Shown here piece by piece: positions 59,295 to 64,000 of a stretch of DNA of 64,000 nt. Both the position numbers and the translations under genes were made by a program. The notes under the pieces are model-generated. The model ran no database searches, was not told the origin of the DNA, and worked only from the letters and a program-made list of their open reading frames with translations. Every line of letters starts with the position of its first letter. Position 1 is the first letter of the stretch. Location of the stretch: NCBI GenBank assembly GCA_963718615.1, contig OY970368.1:4800001-4864000 (forward strand). Direction: 5' to 3'. The DNA is from an uncultured cyanobacterium (GTDB taxonomy: Bacteria; Cyanobacteriota; Cyanobacteriia; PCC-9006; JAAUQQ01).

Positions 59295-62200
59295 TCACTC
59301 ATTCGCCAGCCTACCCCTAGAAGCGCAAGGTACCGAGAATGCCAAGGGACGCGATTTTTTCTCGGCTATCAACTGAATCTGGCCGCTAGGCGTCACAATC
59401 CAAGTTTGCGCTTCTATCAGCGGTTTGTGCGGGGATAGGTCTTGAGCCTGCACCGTGGGCGATTGAGTCAATCCGGCTCCCGGTTGAGAGACTTGCGGTA
59501 AGGGTATCCAAGGATTGATCAGCATCGGTGACCCAAAGGCTTCGTCTGGGCTCAACGGAATGCCACCCCGTCCGGTAATCACAAAGGAACTGCGGGAGGC
59601 TTCACTGTTCGGAGCACAACTGCGATCAATCCGATCACTGGGATCAACGAGGCTGTTGGGTAGCATAAATAGGCCCCGGCTAGGGTCGAGATCGGGGGTG
59701 TTGAGGACGATCGTTCCGCTGGTTCCGGTCTCAGAACTGGCGCTAATATCATTGGTCCGGTTAGCACGGAGCTGGTCCCGGTTTTGACCGTCTTTTTGCT
59801 CAAAGTTAAAAATAGTCTGGGCCGTGATGTTGATCCGCCCTCCATCACCACCAATGGCGTTGGCAATGATATCGCTGTTTTCGCCAGGCAAGCCAATCAG
59901 AAAAGCGGTATTGATATCGATATTACCTCCGTTTCCACTGCCTCCGGCATCCGTTTCAACATTACCACCACGACGGAGAACAAGAATATCGCTTGTCAGA
60001 TTGATATCGCCCCCATTACTAGACAGAGTCTGAGCGCTCAAACTTCCCTCAGTATCGAGAACAATGCGCGGTGAATTCACAACTATATTGCCTGCGTCCC
60101 CTTGAGCAGTCGCATTGACAGCAATCTGAGCCCGATCTTTTACCCTAAGTTGGTCTGTTGTTCTCACCGTAATCTCTCCAGCAGCGCCTGAGCTTGTCGC
60201 TCGCGCAAAGATCCCACTGAGGGGTCCATCGACGTCAACTCGATTTTCTCCTGCATTGAGAACACGTTGTTCAAACTGTTCATCCATCCCAGATAAATCA
60301 ATTGATTGAGATTCAAGCCTCACTTTTCCAGCATTCCCCATTCCCCGAGAGCTTGTCAAAATTTGTCCACCATTGGTAAGGCTTAGCTTTTCCGTTTGAA
60401 CATCGATGTTTCCTGCATTTGAGCGACTCACGGTCGTTGAGCTCAAGGCTCCAGCATCAGAAATATTCAAAATTTTTGATTTTAGCTGAATATTACCTCC
60501 AGGACCTGAGGAACTTCGTTCACTTCCAGAGAATAGTCCGCTAGAAACACCCCGCAAAGCACTATTAAATGCAATTCGTTCATTAGGTTTCTCACTCACG
60601 CCCGAAATATTGACAACCTCTGCTTCGATCTTAATATTGCCAGCTCTTGCTTCACCAGATACGAGGGCAATCTCTTCTGATGAGAGACCTTGACTGAGCA
60701 AACCGGCTACATAGTGTCGTTCAAACAGCCTGACATCACTTTCTGGATCAGGAGACTCCGGTCCAACGGGAATTTTATAAATCGCCACTTCATCAATGTC
60801 GCCTTTAAAGGGCTGTGGATACAGAGGATGCTCCCAAGCGCCAATCACTGCAACGGGAGGTTCTCCCTCAAAGGGGCCTTTTGTACCCACTGCAGCTTCA
60901 ACACCATCAATTTCTAAACGGGTTGTATTGCGATAGATAAAGGGTGGTCGACTATAAATAACCTTGGCAACGACATGGTGCCATTGACCATCAAAGGGCA
61001 ATACACCCACCGGTGTATCTAAATCATCTCCCCACAGACCAAGCCGCACGGAGCCATTACTATTCAAACGCAGGTGCAGACTATTCCTGGTTGTACTTTC
61101 ATCATGGGCTCCAAAAAAGACTTGCTCCTTTGGAGGATTGTCTAAATCTGGCTTAATCCATGTCTCAATAATAAATGAAGTATTCCTTAAATCAAGGCTA
61201 TCGTCAATCTGAATGGTGCCATTTGCTTTGCCATCCGTAATCCCAAATTTAGCCGCCGTTCCATCCACTCCAGGAATCAACTGATTAACGATACCAACAT
61301 AGGTTCCATCTACACCATTCCCTGAGCTATCTAGCGCAATAGTGCTATTGATATCATCGAGTTTCCAGTAGGCAATAGGATTATCAGCCTCAACAATCTG
61401 CGCATAAGAAAGACCTTCTAATTCATTGGCCAAAGGTTCTAATGCAATCCCTTCTGTTGTTGCCTCAACTCTTCCCCCTGATGCCAATGTCAATTGAGGC
61501 GTTTTTATCTGGATATCACCACCATTACCAGAGCCATTATTCACACTGCTAAAGATCAGGCTATCTTCGATAACTGAAAGCAAGTTTGCTGCATTAATGG
61601 TAATGTTACCAGCATTTCCAGACTCGCTAGTGTTCGTACGAACTTGACTGTTCTCTCTGAGATTAATCGTTTCAGCATTGAGCAGAATTTCACCGCCATT
61701 AGCAGAAGATTGTGTAGAGGATGATATTTGCCCCTGAATCATTTCAATTTGACGAGCTCGCACTTCTAGCTTCTTAGGACTACCCAAAGACCCCGCACCT
61801 GCATTATTCAAAATCCAAGCACTTCTTTCGGCTCGGAGGGTGTCTTCTACATCGAGAAATATCTCTCCGCCACCGGCTAAGCCAATGGATCCAGCTTGAA
61901 TGCGGCCACCATTATCCAAAAAAATATTTTTTGCCCTTACTCGAATATCTCCTGAGTTTGCCCCAGGCGCATTGACATTTTCACGCGCATCCGTAAAAAG
62001 TCCACCCCGATCAATGGAAAGATTTTCCCTTAAATAAACAAAAATTCCATCATTACTGCCCTTCGTATTAATTCGAGAGGTAACAAAAGAATTCCTAATT
62101 GTTAGAGCATTTGCATTAAACGTGATTGAGCCAGGTCGTCCCCCCTGGTTACTTCCTGTATTAGCGACTCGAGAAATATTGTCCATCAACATATCCCCAG

Positions 62201-64000
62201 TCAACTGGAAGGTAATATCTCCAGCATCCCCATTCCCGCCTGTATCTGCAAAAATAACAGACGAATTCTGGAGTCTAACGGCATCGCCAACAATCAGAAT
62301 ATCTCCCGCTCTCCCCGTTCCATAAAGCCGTGTTAGCAATTCAGACTTATCCGAAAGGAAGATATCCTTTACTAACAAAGTTAAATCTCCTGCATTTCCC
62401 GTTGCATTAGAATCTGTATTAATCGTTGAATTGTCTCGCATTTCTAAAGAATTTGCGACGAATACTATATCACCTGCTTTTCCCGCTCCATTCTTCAACC
62501 TTGTCGATAAAATTTTGGCACCATTGAATAGATAAATTTCATTTGCTTTAAACCGAATTTCTCCCGAATCTCCTTGGGTATCAGACTGAGTATTTATTCG
62601 TGTCTTATCTAAGATAATACTTGTTCCAAACAACGAAACCATGCCTGCATTGCCAACACCATTAGCAGAAGTATTCACCTCCTTAGCAAGGGCAATATCA
62701 CCACGAGAATCAATAACAACCTGGCCCGCATTGCCAGTAAAGTTGCCAGTGTCCTGATCGGTGTAAATTTCTGAAACACTGATATCTCCTGGCACCAAGG
62801 TGGAGTTTACTTCATATTGATTGGATAGAAAAACTAAGCCATCTGGCGATTTTACTTGTACACGGTTTAGCGTGATACCAGCATCTGTCGGTATCGATGA
62901 AAAGCTTACAGGAGCAGGAGAAAAGCCCAACTCTGTGAGAGAAACAGGCTGGGTTGCCATCGTACCCGATCGGATATCTAACACCGGATGGTTGATACCG
63001 TCAATAGCGACTGGAGTCACTCCATCTGAGAGGGTCACTGTTTCCTGGAGAGCATTGCCTAAAGCATCAGCTCCTGTAATCGTAATATCCCCCGCTGTCA
63101 CCGAGCCTCCCGCCAAGACATGTAGCGAAACCCCTTCATAATTGCCAAAGACCACATCTCCCGCAGCCCTGACGAACGGGTCATTTGGGCTCAATAAATC
63201 TCCTGGTTTCCCTAGTAAGTTCTCAACCTGAAAGGTACCACCGCTAAAGAAATGGGCATCTCCGATGACAGGGTTGGACGATCGCAACACCATCTCCCCA
63301 CCTGAAAACAATCTGCTTGCCGGATCATTGAGTGCAAAAATATCAACCGAATCATTTCCTTGGATCAGCAGCTTGCGGTTGGCGATCGCCACCAACGCCG
63401 AACCCACCCCATCCCGAATCTGCACAGAGTTTCCCAACAAGGTCAGGTCTCGTCCAGCCGATAGCCGACCTTGCAAATCCAGAGAATCTGACACCAATGT
63501 CAGATCCTGCCCCGACAGCAACTGCCCCCGAATCTCTATCACTGAGTTCTGCCGCCCCATCTGTAATCCTGGCTTTATATTCACATTGAGCAAGGGCGGA
63601 CTATCTAGCGCAACGGCACTGAACTCCAGATCCGGCCCAAACGCTAAGGACTCCGCCGTACTGGCCAAAAACGACCCCGCCACATCCAGCCGCGCCCCCG
63701 GCCCAAACACAATCCCATTCGGATTCAGCAAAAACAAATCTGCCGACCCCAACACCCCCAACGTCCCATCAATCCGCGAAACCGAATTTCCTGTAACCCG
63801 GCTAAAAATCTGCTCAATGCCAACAGGATTTGCAAAATAAACCGCCTGCCCCCCCTCCACCCCAAAGGCCTCAAAACTATGAAAGAGGTTTGGCCCCCGG
63901 ACCAGCCCTCCCTCAATCACAGTGATATCGATATTTCCGGTAGGACTCTTTTCCAATCGAGACGCGCCTGTCCCCAAAGTCCCATCCGGCACAATCTGTG
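59295..64000 (-). CDS. Filamentous haemagglutinin-family (two-partner secretion type) exoprotein with inserted LamG-like domain; 5' end beyond the window
   Basis: NLFHSFEAF, LLNPNGIVFG, AGNI repeats, ENSDIIANA, FVITGRGG, EAQTW. Confidence 0.92.
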   Translation of the reverse strand, partial: QIVPDGTLGTGASRLEKSPTGNIDITVIEGGLVRGPNLFHSFEAFGVEGGQAVYFANPVGIEQIFSRVTGNSVSRIDGTLGVLGSADLFLLNPNGIVFGPGARLDVAGSFLASTAESLAFGPDLEFSAVALDSPPLLNVNIKPGLQMGRQNSVIEIRGQLLSGQDLTLVSDSLDLQGRLSAGRDLTLLGNSVQIRDGVGSALVAIANRKLLIQGNDSVDIFALNDPASRLFSGGEMVLRSSNPVIGDAHFFSGGTFQVENLLGKPGDLLSPNDPFVRAAGDVVFGNYEGVSLHVLAGGSVTAGDITITGADALGNALQETVTLSDGVTPVAIDGINHPVLDIRSGTMATQPVSLTELGFSPAPVSFSSIPTDAGITLNRVQVKSPDGLVFLSNQYEVNSTLVPGDISVSEIYTDQDTGNFTGNAGQVVIDSRGDIALAKEVNTSANGVGNAGMVSLFGTSIILDKTRINTQSDTQGDSGEIRFKANEIYLFNGAKILSTRLKNGAGKAGDIVFVANSLEMRDNSTINTDSNATGNAGDLTLLVKDIFLSDKSELLTRLYGTGRAGDILIVGDAVRLQNSSVIFADTGGNGDAGDITFQLTGDMLMDNISRVANTGSNQGGRPGSITFNANALTIRNSFVTSRINTKGSNDGIFVYLRENLSIDRGGLFTDARENVNAPGANSGDIRVRAKNIFLDNGGRIQAGSIGLAGGGEIFLDVEDTLRAERSAWILNNAGAGSLGSPKKLEVRARQIEMIQGQISSSTQSSANGGEILLNAETINLRENSQVRTNTSESGNAGNITINAANLLSVIEDSLIFSSVNNGSGNGGDIQIKTPQLTLASGGRVEATTEGIALEPLANELEGLSYAQIVEADNPIAYWKLDDINSTIALDSSGNGVDGTYVGIVNQLIPGVDGTAAKFGITDGKANGTIQIDDSLDLRNTSFIIETWIKPDLDNPPKEQVFFGAHDESTTRNSLHLRLNSNGSVRLGLWGDDLDTPVGVLPFDGQWHHVVAKVIYSRPPFIYRNTTRLEIDGVEAAVGTKGPFEGEPPVAVIGAWEHPLYPQPFKGDIDEVAIYKIPVGPESPDPESDVRLFERHYVAGLLSQGLSSEEIALVSGEARAGNIKIEAEVVNISGVSEKPNERIAFNSALRGVSSGLFSGSERSSSGPGGNIQLKSKILNISDAGALSSTTVSRSNAGNIDVQTEKLSLTNGGQILTSSRGMGNAGKVRLESQSIDLSGMDEQFEQRVLNAGENRVDVDGPLSGIFARATSSGAAGEITVRTTDQLRVKDRAQIAVNATAQGDAGNIVVNSPRIVLDTEGSLSAQTLSSNGGDINLTSDILVLRRGGNVETDAGGSGNGGNIDINTAFLIGLPGENSDIIANAIGGDGGRINITAQTIFNFEQKDGQNRDQLRANRTNDISASSETGTSGTIVLNTPDLDPSRGLFMLPNSLVDPSDRIDRSCAPNSEASRSSFVITGRGGIPLSPDEAFGSPMLINPWIPLPQVSQPGAGLTQSPTVQAQDLSPHKPLIEAQTWIVTPSGQIQLIAEKKSRPLAFSVPCASRGRLANE

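Larger units (their letters stand above)
1..64000. repeat. HIP1 octamer (GCGATCGC) dispersed through the window; scarce at about 34.1-36.5, 37-38.6, 39-42.8 and 59.3-63.3 kb
   Basis: Many copies read directly (e.g. 79-86, 213-220, 38708-38715); HIP1 over-representation is a cyanobacterial hallmark. Confidence 0.95.

Noticed and set aside
34-63916. Many short ORFs overlapping or antisense to the called genes (e.g. 5903-6406, 17831-18418, 20686-21354, 43333-43863)
   Set aside because: Shadow frames of well-supported genes with no family motifs
1-64000. CRISPR array, rRNA, prophage, integron integrase or reverse transcriptase
   Set aside because: No repeat-spacer periodicity and no matching protein or RNA motifs seen

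Overview
Cyanobacterial chromosome segment: HIP1 octamer GCGATCGC is dense, and phycobiliprotein, psbZ and cyanoexosortase genes are present. Core content: cyanoexosortase B pair; a nitrogen-control cluster (two tandem NtcA box + glutamine riboswitch + DUF4278 units, the second IF17/GifB-like, converging on glnA, with glnN between glnA and apcF); psbZ-ribH-tRNA-Gly; proA-like gene; secA; frameshifted pyrD; pilMNOQ; hup; cobD; thyX; glyS; a cpcBA + two-linker operon with an RcaC L-box-like site; a two-component pair; bicA; a DUF305 gene behind a MerR-type promoter; and a large filamentous-haemagglutinin-family gene cut by the window end. An ~11 kb accessory island between thyX and glyS (about 33.7-44.5 kb) holds an AbiEi/AbiEii module with two perfect palindromes, a degenerate integron-cassette-like array, gene remnants, and a membrane-type NACHT gene broken by nested IS elements. 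Best candidate for a new system: the NACHT protein and the small helical protein encoded 3 bp upstream share an ungapped 28-residue Q/N/S/G-rich motif (13 identities), the layout expected of an amyloid-signalling receptor-effector pair. All family calls come from motif recognition by eye, not database searches.
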